Shown: piece after piece, positions 56,538-64,000 of the stretch
How the letters are laid out: each line of letters opens with the position of its first letter
How positions within the stretch are numbered: the first letter of the stretch is position 1
Sequence record: NC_103192.1
Reading direction: 5' to 3' (one strand)
From: a phage
Length of the DNA: 64,000 nt
The notes under the pieces: generated by a model
What the model saw: only the letters and a program-made list of their open reading frames with translations
The model's database searches: none
What the model was told of the DNA's origin: nothing
Translations under genes and position numbers: made by a program

Positions 56538-57721
56538 TGTCAAGAAACGTATTCGAAAGTGGTCAAATCACTGTCCGCGAGTTGCCAGCTATTATTCAAT
56601 TTGCCCAGCGTCATAACCGATCTGTCCTGATTTTAGGACCGATGGGTGTGGGGAAGAGCCAGGTGATGAAGCAGATTGCTGATAATATGTTCGGTGAGCG
56701 AGATGACAACCTGGTTGACGTGCGGCTGTCAGATAAAGATCCTGCTGACTTGTCTGGACTACCTATCCCTGTAGAGGCAGATGGAACTACACGCACAGTG
56801 TTTGCAATTCCAGAATTTTGGCCTGCAGACTCGGACTGGAGCGGAATTATCTTTCTGGATGAGCTTACTCATGCAGATAACTACCTGCAGAAGGTTGCAA
56901 TGCAAATTATGCTCGACCACAAGTGCGGCACCTATGCATTTCCTAAGGGCTCTGTTTTTGTAGCTGCAGGTAACCGTTCTACAGATGGTACGGTTCTTTC
57001 GGCGCTCGAAGCTCCTCTGGCTAACCGCTTTATCATTGTAGAAGTTACAAGCAATGCAGAGGTGTTTATTGAGGACTATGCATTCCTTAATGGGGTGCAC
57101 TCCTCTGTAATTGGATATTTGAAAAGAGTTCCATCAGCTATTGATAATTATGAGGCTATGGCTGAGATTAATTGTCCATCTTTTGCCACACCGCGATCTT
57201 GGGTTGCTGCATCTGATATCTTGCACGATTTTGACAGCGGTATTATTTCTGACGCTATGGCCCGTGTTCTTCTGCAAGGTGCTATTGGTCACACTGCAGC
57301 GGTAGAGATCTGGACTTACCACACCAAGAAACGCAATTTACCGGAAATCGGTCGGATTATGGCAGGTGGCTGCAAAGAATACGTAGGTCCTAAGCAGCCA
57401 GACATTTTGTGGATTCTTGGATCTGAAGGTTGTATCGCTATTCGTAATATGATGGAAAATGCAAGTATCTCAGACGAAGATCTTGTCAGCTGCGTGGCAA
57501 ACTTCCTCGATTTCCTTTGGGAAAACTTCAAGGACGAGAACCGAGATTTTGTATTCTCAGTCTTTATGGCGATGATGAAACCTAATGCCTTAGGAAATGC
57601 CTTGCTTATCGGTAAAGGGCGTGACAAGATTGTTGCTCAGCTGATCAAAGCATACCCAAACCTGATGAAGATTGTAAAAGAGTTTGGTGAAGAGTTTAGC
57701 GCCATTTTGGCTAAAGCTTAA
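56537..57721 (+). CDS. MoxR-like AAA+ ATPase (AAA_5 type)
   Basis: Walker A LILGPMGVGKSQ, Walker B IIFLDELTHA, sensor-1 FVAAGNRS, Arg-finger region LEAPLANRF. Confidence 0.65.
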   Translation: MSRNVFESGQITVRELPAIIQFAQRHNRSVLILGPMGVGKSQVMKQIADNMFGERDDNLVDVRLSDKDPADLSGLPIPVEADGTTRTVFAIPEFWPADSDWSGIIFLDELTHADNYLQKVAMQIMLDHKCGTYAFPKGSVFVAAGNRSTDGTVLSALEAPLANRFIIVEVTSNAEVFIEDYAFLNGVHSSVIGYLKRVPSAIDNYEAMAEINCPSFATPRSWVAASDILHDFDSGIISDAMARVLLQGAIGHTAAVEIWTYHTKKRNLPEIGRIMAGGCKEYVGPKQPDILWILGSEGCIAIRNMMENASISDEDLVSCVANFLDFLWENFKDENRDFVFSVFMAMMKPNALGNALLIGKGRDKIVAQLIKAYPNLMKIVKEFGEEFSAILAKA

Positions 57722-57730
57722 GGGGGTTGT

Positions 57731-58111
57731 ATGGCTAAAGTAGGTAAGCGGGGAAACTACCTGGTGGTATTGACCGAGGAGCCGGAGAAGGAGTACGAAT
57801 GCAGCTCCACTTGCGTGATCGATATCCGAGAAAAAGATGTAGATGAAATCTGGTTTAAAATATTGGACGCTTGCGATAGCAGTGATTATTTCTTCATCTA
57901 TGTCAACGATAAGGCTGGGTTCTTCCATGACGACGGAGAGTTGCCGTATGAAATCTATGAACTTGTAGAGGCTTGCCATCGTGGAGATGCGGAGTTATTT
58001 GGCTTACGGCTGAAAAGCGGTAAATTCTTCTACCAAGACGAGTGCATGAATCTTCACAACTTCGTAGAGGGAACTTGCAACGATGGAGAGATTTTGGCAC
58101 ACTACGACTAA
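57731..58111 (+). CDS. hypothetical Cys-containing acidic protein
   Basis: 126 aa, AGGGGG RBS. Confidence 0.4.
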   Translation: MAKVGKRGNYLVVLTEEPEKEYECSSTCVIDIREKDVDEIWFKILDACDSSDYFFIYVNDKAGFFHDDGELPYEIYELVEACHRGDAELFGLRLKSGKFFYQDECMNLHNFVEGTCNDGEILAHYD

Positions 58112-58123
58112 TTTCTAAGACCA

Positions 58124-58151
58124 CCCCCGCTTCGGCGGGGATTTTCTATTT
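58124..58151 (+). terminator. rho-independent terminator with UUCG tetraloop
   Basis: CCCCCGC-TTCG-GCGGGG then ATTTTCTATTT. Confidence 0.7.
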
Positions 58152-58160
58152 GGAGCTATT

Positions 58161-58661
58161 GTGAAAATTAAAATCTTTGCTATTATTTTGAGCGCATTTT
58201 TATCGCTGCCTGTTGTTGCAGCACCCAAACAAAAAGTATATCACACCTGCAAGCCATCGGATACTAAGGAGAACATTCTGGCATGCAATATCTACAGGGA
58301 AGCCAGAGGAGATGGCACGATGGGTATGCTGGCATCAGGGTTTGCCACACTAAACAGGAAATCTCACCCCAAATACCCGGACACCATAAGAAAGATTGTC
58401 TACCAACCTAACCAGTTTTCGTGGACAAACCACGGCAAAACTTTTAAGGTGACAGAAAAAGATTCATGGGATCACGCTAAAAGTCTTGCAAAGATGCTTC
58501 TAAAGGTCTATAATAACAACCATGTTGCATACATGGCTATGGATATAACAGGTGGAGCAACGCACTATCATACAACAAAAGTACGACCGAAATGGGCAAA
58601 AAAGATGCAGAGGACAGCTCAATTCGGGAGTCATATCTACTACAAGGAGCGCAATAAATGA
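58161..58661 (+). CDS. secreted SleB-like cell wall hydrolase (endolysin candidate)
   Basis: N-terminal signal-peptide-like MKIKIFAIILSAFLSLPVVAAP; core NIYREARGDG...ATLNR...PDTIRKIVYQPNQFSW fits the Hydrolase_2 (SleB) pattern. Confidence 0.6.
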   Translation: MKIKIFAIILSAFLSLPVVAAPKQKVYHTCKPSDTKENILACNIYREARGDGTMGMLASGFATLNRKSHPKYPDTIRKIVYQPNQFSWTNHGKTFKVTEKDSWDHAKSLAKMLLKVYNNNHVAYMAMDITGGATHYHTTKVRPKWAKKMQRTAQFGSHIYYKERNK

Positions 58662-60640
58662 TTGTAAACAGTAATGAAACTAAAGCAGTACTAACCGGAA
58701 ATATGGAGGTCACCAGGGGCTCAATTTCTCTGAACAAAGAGACTTTTGGGCTAATCATTAAAGGGATTTACGAAGATAAGGTGCTGGCAAGCTGCCGTGA
58801 ACCAATCTTCAATGCCGTGGACTCCCATGTTGAGTCTGGACGAGGTGATGTACCGATCATTATTCACTCTCCTACAGACCTTGAACCATACTTCTTTGTG
58901 CAGGACGTTGGATTGGGCATGTCAGAAGAGATGGTCCGCAACACTTTCATGAACCTCGGGGAGTCAACCAAGCGCAACAGCAACGCTCTGGTAGGTAATA
59001 AAGGTGTAGGTTCAAAGGCCCCGTTCAGCATGGTGGACACTTTCGATGTGATCAGTGTGCACAACGGTGTTGAAAGCACATATCTGTTGTTCTTGGATCA
59101 GGGTATCCCAAACGTTACCAAGATCCGCGAGCGGAAGACTGAAGAGCACAACGGGGTAAAAGTTCAGTTCCATGTTAAGAAAGAGCATGTCCTGAAATAT
59201 CGCACTGCTATTGCATCGTGCTTACGCTATGCGAAGTTTCCGTTCACCGTCACCGACCCTATGACCAGTAAAATGCTGGAAGGTGACAAGGTTGAGGCGC
59301 AGTATCACTACGAGAAAGATGGTTGGAAAATGACTATCCTAAAGGGCTATACCAGCTCTGACGAGAGTCGTGTGGTAATGGGGCACCAACCTTACCGATC
59401 TAAATTTCTGGAAACATTGACAGACTACCCTGCAATCTGTGTAGAGATCCCTATCGGGGATTGCAATATTAACCCAGGGCGTGAATGGACTATAGAGGGT
59501 CACGACGATGGTGGATTCCAAGAGCGTCTGGAGGCTTTTGTCAAAGAGGGTATCCGCCTACGTGGGGCAGAAGTTGTTGCGGAATTAGAGACAGCAAAAA
59601 CATCCTCAGAAGCACGCGAGATGATGAAGAACAGTGGAGTGTTCGGGCACATCTTCGGTAAAAATTTTATGTGGGAACGATGGGAAGAGACAGGACTAGG
59701 AAGCTTGGGAGATTGCGAGATCTTCGCTGGCGGCTTAAATAAAGGCCGTATAGGTTACGCCTGCTACGGAAAGGTAGAATTCTTACGGGGAGTCTATTTA
59801 GTATTTAACGACGGAGACGGCAAATATAACCGAAATAAGTGTAACTACTTAAGCGAGATCACCGGACGCAACGTTTTCTATTGCCGAAACACGGATCTGG
59901 TGAAAGAGTTTAAAGAGGCGGCACACCATCCTTTCTTTGCAGATACGGTCAAATTGTTATCAGAGCTCCCTCGCCGACCTGCGAAGAAAGGTGAAACAAA
60001 AACTCATTATGAGCCAGGCTATTGGGTTAAAAAACTTGAGAAGGATGGTTACTTCCGTCGTGAGCGTATTACTAAGGCAGAGTTCAAGAAGATTAAGCAC
60101 TGCATTCCTTATGAGGGTGATATCCAACGTGGAAGTTGTTGGCTGGGACAGCTAAGTAACATCTACCAGCAAAATTATGACCGTGTGCGTGCGGCACTCC
60201 AGATTCCTGAAGGGGAAGATCTGTACCTGGTATCAGAATCTCGTCTGCTTTGGACTGATCCTGATTGCCAGTATGTTACAGAGAAAAATGTGGAACATTT
60301 GTTGAAAGAGGACGCCTGGAAATTCTTACTGACTCGCGCAGCAAATGAAACTTCATATGACAGCCTGTATAGACAATTAGGGAAAATTATCCCCATGCAA
60401 GATTTTGGAAATTATCGGCCACATTTTCACAAGTGGGAAGGTAACACCGCGTGGAAGCACAGTGAGCTAAATCATCGTGCCAAAATCTTAATCGCCAACC
60501 GAGTCAAGTGCGGGAAGGCCTATATTGCAAGATTGGAAAAGAAATATCCACTTTTGAAGCATGTGGGCTTGAAATATTGGGACACTCCTGCTATGATTGA
60601 ATACCGTGAACTGATCGACGCAAAGAATAACACCAAATAA
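58658..60640 (+). CDS. rIIA: rIIA-like protein with N-terminal GHKL-type ATPase fold
   Basis: 660 aa; N-box-like EPIFNAVDS, G1-like FVQDVGLGM, G2-like GNKGVGSKAPF; ATGA overlap with upstream gene. Confidence 0.55.
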   Translation: MIVNSNETKAVLTGNMEVTRGSISLNKETFGLIIKGIYEDKVLASCREPIFNAVDSHVESGRGDVPIIIHSPTDLEPYFFVQDVGLGMSEEMVRNTFMNLGESTKRNSNALVGNKGVGSKAPFSMVDTFDVISVHNGVESTYLLFLDQGIPNVTKIRERKTEEHNGVKVQFHVKKEHVLKYRTAIASCLRYAKFPFTVTDPMTSKMLEGDKVEAQYHYEKDGWKMTILKGYTSSDESRVVMGHQPYRSKFLETLTDYPAICVEIPIGDCNINPGREWTIEGHDDGGFQERLEAFVKEGIRLRGAEVVAELETAKTSSEAREMMKNSGVFGHIFGKNFMWERWEETGLGSLGDCEIFAGGLNKGRIGYACYGKVEFLRGVYLVFNDGDGKYNRNKCNYLSEITGRNVFYCRNTDLVKEFKEAAHHPFFADTVKLLSELPRRPAKKGETKTHYEPGYWVKKLEKDGYFRRERITKAEFKKIKHCIPYEGDIQRGSCWLGQLSNIYQQNYDRVRAALQIPEGEDLYLVSESRLLWTDPDCQYVTEKNVEHLLKEDAWKFLLTRAANETSYDSLYRQLGKIIPMQDFGNYRPHFHKWEGNTAWKHSELNHRAKILIANRVKCGKAYIARLEKKYPLLKHVGLKYWDTPAMIEYRELIDAKNNTK

Positions 60641-60650
60641 GGAGACAGCT

Positions 60651-61856
60651 ATGATTTTCATCTACGAACATTTCAAAACTCGTAAAGAAGCACGTGACCG
60701 CCGTGCAGAGCTTGAGAAGAAGGGTTTCACATGCGCTATTGAGAAAGGTAACACAACCTGGACACTGGCAGTGGGTGCCCCAGAGTTGTTCGATCCTGAC
60801 CGTGACAGCGTCTGCTACACCCGTGAGGATTTTGAAACCCGTGAAGAGGCCCGTTTATTTCGATATGGGCTGGAAGATAACGGTAAGTACGCCATGATCT
60901 TAGACTTAGGAGAAGGTTCCGTTAAACGTTGGGGCGTGGTATATCCGCTGTGTGTTGTTCACGGTGTAGGGTTCACTGGGGTAGCAATCAAGTCAGAAGA
61001 ACCTTTAGTAGAAGTAAAAGACCCGGTGCTGGAGGTGGTGAGCAGTGTGTCTCAGCAACAGACCCGAAGCATCGAGCCTTTGGTGGTTATTTGCGGAGAA
61101 CTCCTCCAGATCACCTGTAACGAAGGCATTTTTGAAATTCGCCGCAGTGAAAGTGAGGAAGTTTACCAGAAAGTTTTCGACCATATCTCTGTTCAGGAAT
61201 ATGATGAGGCAATTGGTGAAATCCTTGTCTGGCTGGAACGCAAGAATGAGTTCACCACACTTGCAGACAACCTGATCATGAAAGATGGCAAGCTCTACTA
61301 CTACGGTGTAGAGATGCGATCCACCATTGCAAAGAAAATTGAGAAAGATTATGCAGATGGAACACTGGATGACCGCTATGTGAAATTCCTCGTTCGCCTG
61401 CTACGCAATCCTTCTGCAAAATCTGTAAACATGCTCTACGATTTTATGCAGGCCAACGATATCCAGATTGCAGAAGATGGTCGAATCATTTGCTACAAAG
61501 GGGTTCAGTTTAACGGCAGCAAATGGGTGGATTGGCACAGTGGTAAAGTTCCACAATACCAGGGTGCTTTTGTATCCATGCCTCGTAACTTTGTAGAGGA
61601 TGATCCGGAAGCTGCGTGCTCCTATGGCTTACACTGCGCCAGCAAAGAGTATGCAAAGAGCTACGGCACTGTAATGATGGTTATGGTTGATCCTGCAGAT
61701 GTGGTTAGTGTGCCATACCAACACAATAGCGCTAAGTGCCGTGCATGCCGCTATGAGATTGTGGTAGCTCCGGAAGCACGCAAAGATGGAGACCCTATCG
61801 AATATGTAGTTGATCGTGACGGTAACACTATCGACATTCTTTACGAGGAGGCGTAA
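60651..61856 (+). CDS. rIIB: rIIB-like protein
   Basis: 401 aa; C-terminal region (LYDFMQANDIQIAEDG...GLHCASKEYAKSYG...VMVDPADVVSVPYQHNSAKCRACRYEIVV) resembles the conserved rIIB core as recalled from T4; adjacent to rIIA-like gene. Confidence 0.55.
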   Translation: MIFIYEHFKTRKEARDRRAELEKKGFTCAIEKGNTTWTLAVGAPELFDPDRDSVCYTREDFETREEARLFRYGLEDNGKYAMILDLGEGSVKRWGVVYPLCVVHGVGFTGVAIKSEEPLVEVKDPVLEVVSSVSQQQTRSIEPLVVICGELLQITCNEGIFEIRRSESEEVYQKVFDHISVQEYDEAIGEILVWLERKNEFTTLADNLIMKDGKLYYYGVEMRSTIAKKIEKDYADGTLDDRYVKFLVRLLRNPSAKSVNMLYDFMQANDIQIAEDGRIICYKGVQFNGSKWVDWHSGKVPQYQGAFVSMPRNFVEDDPEAACSYGLHCASKEYAKSYGTVMMVMVDPADVVSVPYQHNSAKCRACRYEIVVAPEARKDGDPIEYVVDRDGNTIDILYEEA

Positions 61857-63226
61857 TGGAAAAAGGGCAGTATGATGTAGGCACAGATGCTGCCCTCGTT
61901 GCAATCATGAGTGGTGAGAATGTCTTCGTTTCAGGACCTGCAGGTTGTGGGAAGACGTATCTCATCAACATGATCCAGTCAATGTATGGAGACTCTTGCA
62001 TAACGGTTGCCCCGACAGGGGTAGCCGCTTTAAACGTTAATGGAGCAACAGCACACCGAACATTCGATCTTGCAGCAGGTGTGAGCATGGAGTCGGACTG
62101 GACCGCAATAAGGGCAAAAACAGCAAAGCCTTTGAAAAGCAAGGCATTTACCATCCTAATTATCGATGAAATCTCTATGATCCGTGCTGATAAGTTTATA
62201 GAGATGGATAGGAAACTCCGCTTCCTTCGAAAAAATGACAAACCTTTCGGAGGCATACAGGTCATATTGTTTGGCGATTTTTACCAGGCACCTCCTGTTG
62301 TCTCTTCTATGGAGAAGGAAGCCTACTTCAACTTCTACCATACGGACCTGTGTTGCTATACCGAATCTTGGAAAGAGCTTGACCTCCACAACATAGCCCT
62401 AGTAGATCAGTTCCGACAGGAGTCTATTCGATTTGCCACAATGCTCAACTGTGTTCGTGAGGGTCGTCGCATAAAAGAGGTTGTAGCAGAACTTAATGCT
62501 CGCTGTTACAAAGGCGGTGTACCAACAGACGCTCTCACAATTTGCGCTACCAACAAACAAGCGGAGGAAGTGAACAGAAGGTTCTATGATGCCATCAACG
62601 CCCCAGAGAAGGTATACACTGGTGAAATGAAAGGTAAGTTTCCCTCCACCCTGCCAGTTGAGCAGGAGATGAAGTTGAAAATTGGCATGAAGGTCATGAT
62701 AACCGCTAACGATGTTGACCCGACTCACAAAGTACCTTATTATGTTAACGGAACACGTGCCACAATTGTTAAATTTAAGAACAAGGCGGTGGTGGTAGAG
62801 CTTGAAGATGGAACACAGGTTGACATAGAGCAGAGGTTGTGGGAGAATAACGAGTATAAGCCATCTCAGAGATACAACATTGCAGAAAGGAAGATGGAGA
62901 AGTTTATAGAGAGGGTAGTGATTGGGTCATACAAGCAACTTCCTCTGAAATCTGGGTACGCCGTAACATCTCATAAAAGTCAAGGACTTACGCTAGATTG
63001 TTACAACCTAGACCTTGGAAAGAACGGGGCTTTCTCTCCTGGGATGACGTATGTTGCTTTGAGTCGAGTTAAGACAATACAAGGAATAAACTTGTTGCGT
63101 CCACTAAGAGAAGTTGACATTATTGTTGACCCGCGAGTCGTAGAGTTTTACAATACAACATTCCCTGACTTAGACAAAATTGTCAGGAAAGATTTTGAAA
63201 CCAGAACTGAAGAGGGGGACGTATGA
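61856..63226 (+). CDS. SF1B DNA helicase (Dda/PIF1/RecD-like)
   Basis: Walker A GPAGCGKT, Walker B IIDEISM, motif ILFGDFYQAPPV. Confidence 0.65.
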   Translation: MEKGQYDVGTDAALVAIMSGENVFVSGPAGCGKTYLINMIQSMYGDSCITVAPTGVAALNVNGATAHRTFDLAAGVSMESDWTAIRAKTAKPLKSKAFTILIIDEISMIRADKFIEMDRKLRFLRKNDKPFGGIQVILFGDFYQAPPVVSSMEKEAYFNFYHTDLCCYTESWKELDLHNIALVDQFRQESIRFATMLNCVREGRRIKEVVAELNARCYKGGVPTDALTICATNKQAEEVNRRFYDAINAPEKVYTGEMKGKFPSTLPVEQEMKLKIGMKVMITANDVDPTHKVPYYVNGTRATIVKFKNKAVVVELEDGTQVDIEQRLWENNEYKPSQRYNIAERKMEKFIERVVIGSYKQLPLKSGYAVTSHKSQGLTLDCYNLDLGKNGAFSPGMTYVALSRVKTIQGINLLRPLREVDIIVDPRVVEFYNTTFPDLDKIVRKDFETRTEEGDV

Positions 63227-63564
63227 GTTTGTGGAGAAATATAGTTAACTACGTGTGCGGCAATCCAACTCCTGAAGAGAAGGATGTTGTGATTCACGAT
63301 TTTACTAAAAGATCTCGTGAAAAAGATCTACTGCTAACAAAGGTGACTGATAAAGATCCTGCAGTAGGGGACTGGGCAGGTTTTGCGTTCACATCGGACA
63401 AATACACCTTTAACAAAGGTGACTATCTTGTTGTGGATTTTAACGAGGACATCGAGGGTGCTGAACCTTACTATCAGACCCTTATCGTTGCAGGGTGTGT
63501 TAATCTCTCTGCAGGTATGCACAGTTTGATTCTTTTTGAGCTTGACTCTGAAGACCTCCAGTAG
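63223..63564 (+). CDS. hypothetical protein
   Basis: 113 aa, GAGGGGGA RBS, ATGA overlap with helicase gene. Confidence 0.4.
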   Translation: MSLWRNIVNYVCGNPTPEEKDVVIHDFTKRSREKDLLLTKVTDKDPAVGDWAGFAFTSDKYTFNKGDYLVVDFNEDIEGAEPYYQTLIVAGCVNLSAGMHSLILFELDSEDLQ

Positions 63565-63625
63565 TAAGATGTGAGTATAAAGGGGAGGCACTCCTCCCCA
63601 CAAAAACTAAGGAGAGCACCAAACG

Positions 63626-64000
63626 ATGAGTAAAACCAAATTAGAACTTACCTGGATAGGTAAAAACGAGCGCAAAAAGTTAGAGCCGCACATTTTGTTA
63701 GAAGATTCTAGCAAGTCTTACCACAGCCAGAAAGTGACCGAAAACGATATTTTTGATAATAAACTGATTTTTGGAGATAACTTATTAGCATTGAAGGCGC
63801 TAGAGCAAGAGTATGCAGGCAAAGTGAAGTGTGTTTACATAGACCCACCATTCAATACTGGAAGGGCTTTTGAGCACTACGATGATAGCCTTGAGCATTC
63901 CATTTGGCTGGGCTTAATGAGGGATAGGTTAGAAATAATTCGTAATCTTCTAAGTGATGATGGGGTAATATTCGTTCACTTAGATGATTGCGAGATGGCG
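63626..64000 (+). CDS. N6-adenine DNA methyltransferase, Type III Mod-like (3' end outside window)
   Basis: N-terminus LTWIGKN...LIFGDNLLALK...KVKCVYIDPPFNTG...HYDD...HSIWLGLMRDRL matches the Mod-type layout with DPPF/Y motif IV. Confidence 0.65.
   Translation, partial: MSKTKLELTWIGKNERKKLEPHILLEDSSKSYHSQKVTENDIFDNKLIFGDNLLALKALEQEYAGKVKCVYIDPPFNTGRAFEHYDDSLEHSIWLGLMRDRLEIIRNLLSDDGVIFVHLDDCEMA

Noticed and set aside
63565-63625. Stem-loop GGGGAGG-CACT-CCTCCCC between the last two genes
   Set aside because: No U-tract follows on the plus strand, so not called as an intrinsic terminator; could be an RNA stability element or coincidental.
1-64000. Search for tRNA genes, CRISPR repeats, integrase or attachment sites
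   Set aside because: No non-coding stretch long enough for a tRNA, no periodic short repeats, no recombinase-like ORF seen; the window looks like a virulent-type phage segment, though integration genes could lie outside it.

Overview
This window reads as a contiguous segment of a tailed double-stranded DNA phage genome, with no rRNA, tRNA, CRISPR array or integrase detected. All calls rest on reading the supplied ORF translations and the DNA by eye; no database search was run, so every family assignment is a motif- and synteny-based inference. Positions 1-46945 (+ strand) hold a morphogenesis module: terminase C-terminus, portal, XkdF-like protein, scaffold, decoration-like protein, major capsid protein, neck proteins, sheath-like and tube-like proteins, tail chaperones with a -1 frameshift site, tape measure, and a baseplate set (gpV-, gpW-, gpJ-, gpI-like). 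A free-standing homing-endonuclease-like gene sits between the tube and chaperone genes. The baseplate gene series is interrupted by a block holding a large fibre with a C-terminal S74-type chaperone domain, an NlpC/P60-like protein and a lambda-J-like (Phage-tail_3) protein, followed by several more fibre genes and an 1877-aa protein. Positions 46992-53896 (- strand) are a leftward operon of about 15 mostly small unknown ORFs plus a HAD-like phosphatase, a VWA/HExxH protein and an HNH-like protein. Positions 54039-64000 (+ strand) hold six small unknown ORFs, a MoxR-like AAA+ ATPase, a secreted SleB-like hydrolase, rIIA/rIIB-like proteins, a Dda/PIF1-like helicase and the start of a Type III Mod-like adenine methyltransferase. 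The two blocks diverge from back-to-back promoters at 53928-53998. Transcription punctuation is unusually legible: UUCG-tetraloop terminators directly followed by sigma70-like promoters with an extended -10 (TGnTAAAAT). The most likely places for new biology are the leftward small-ORF operon, the split MoxR/VWA pair, and the mosaic multi-fibre tail.
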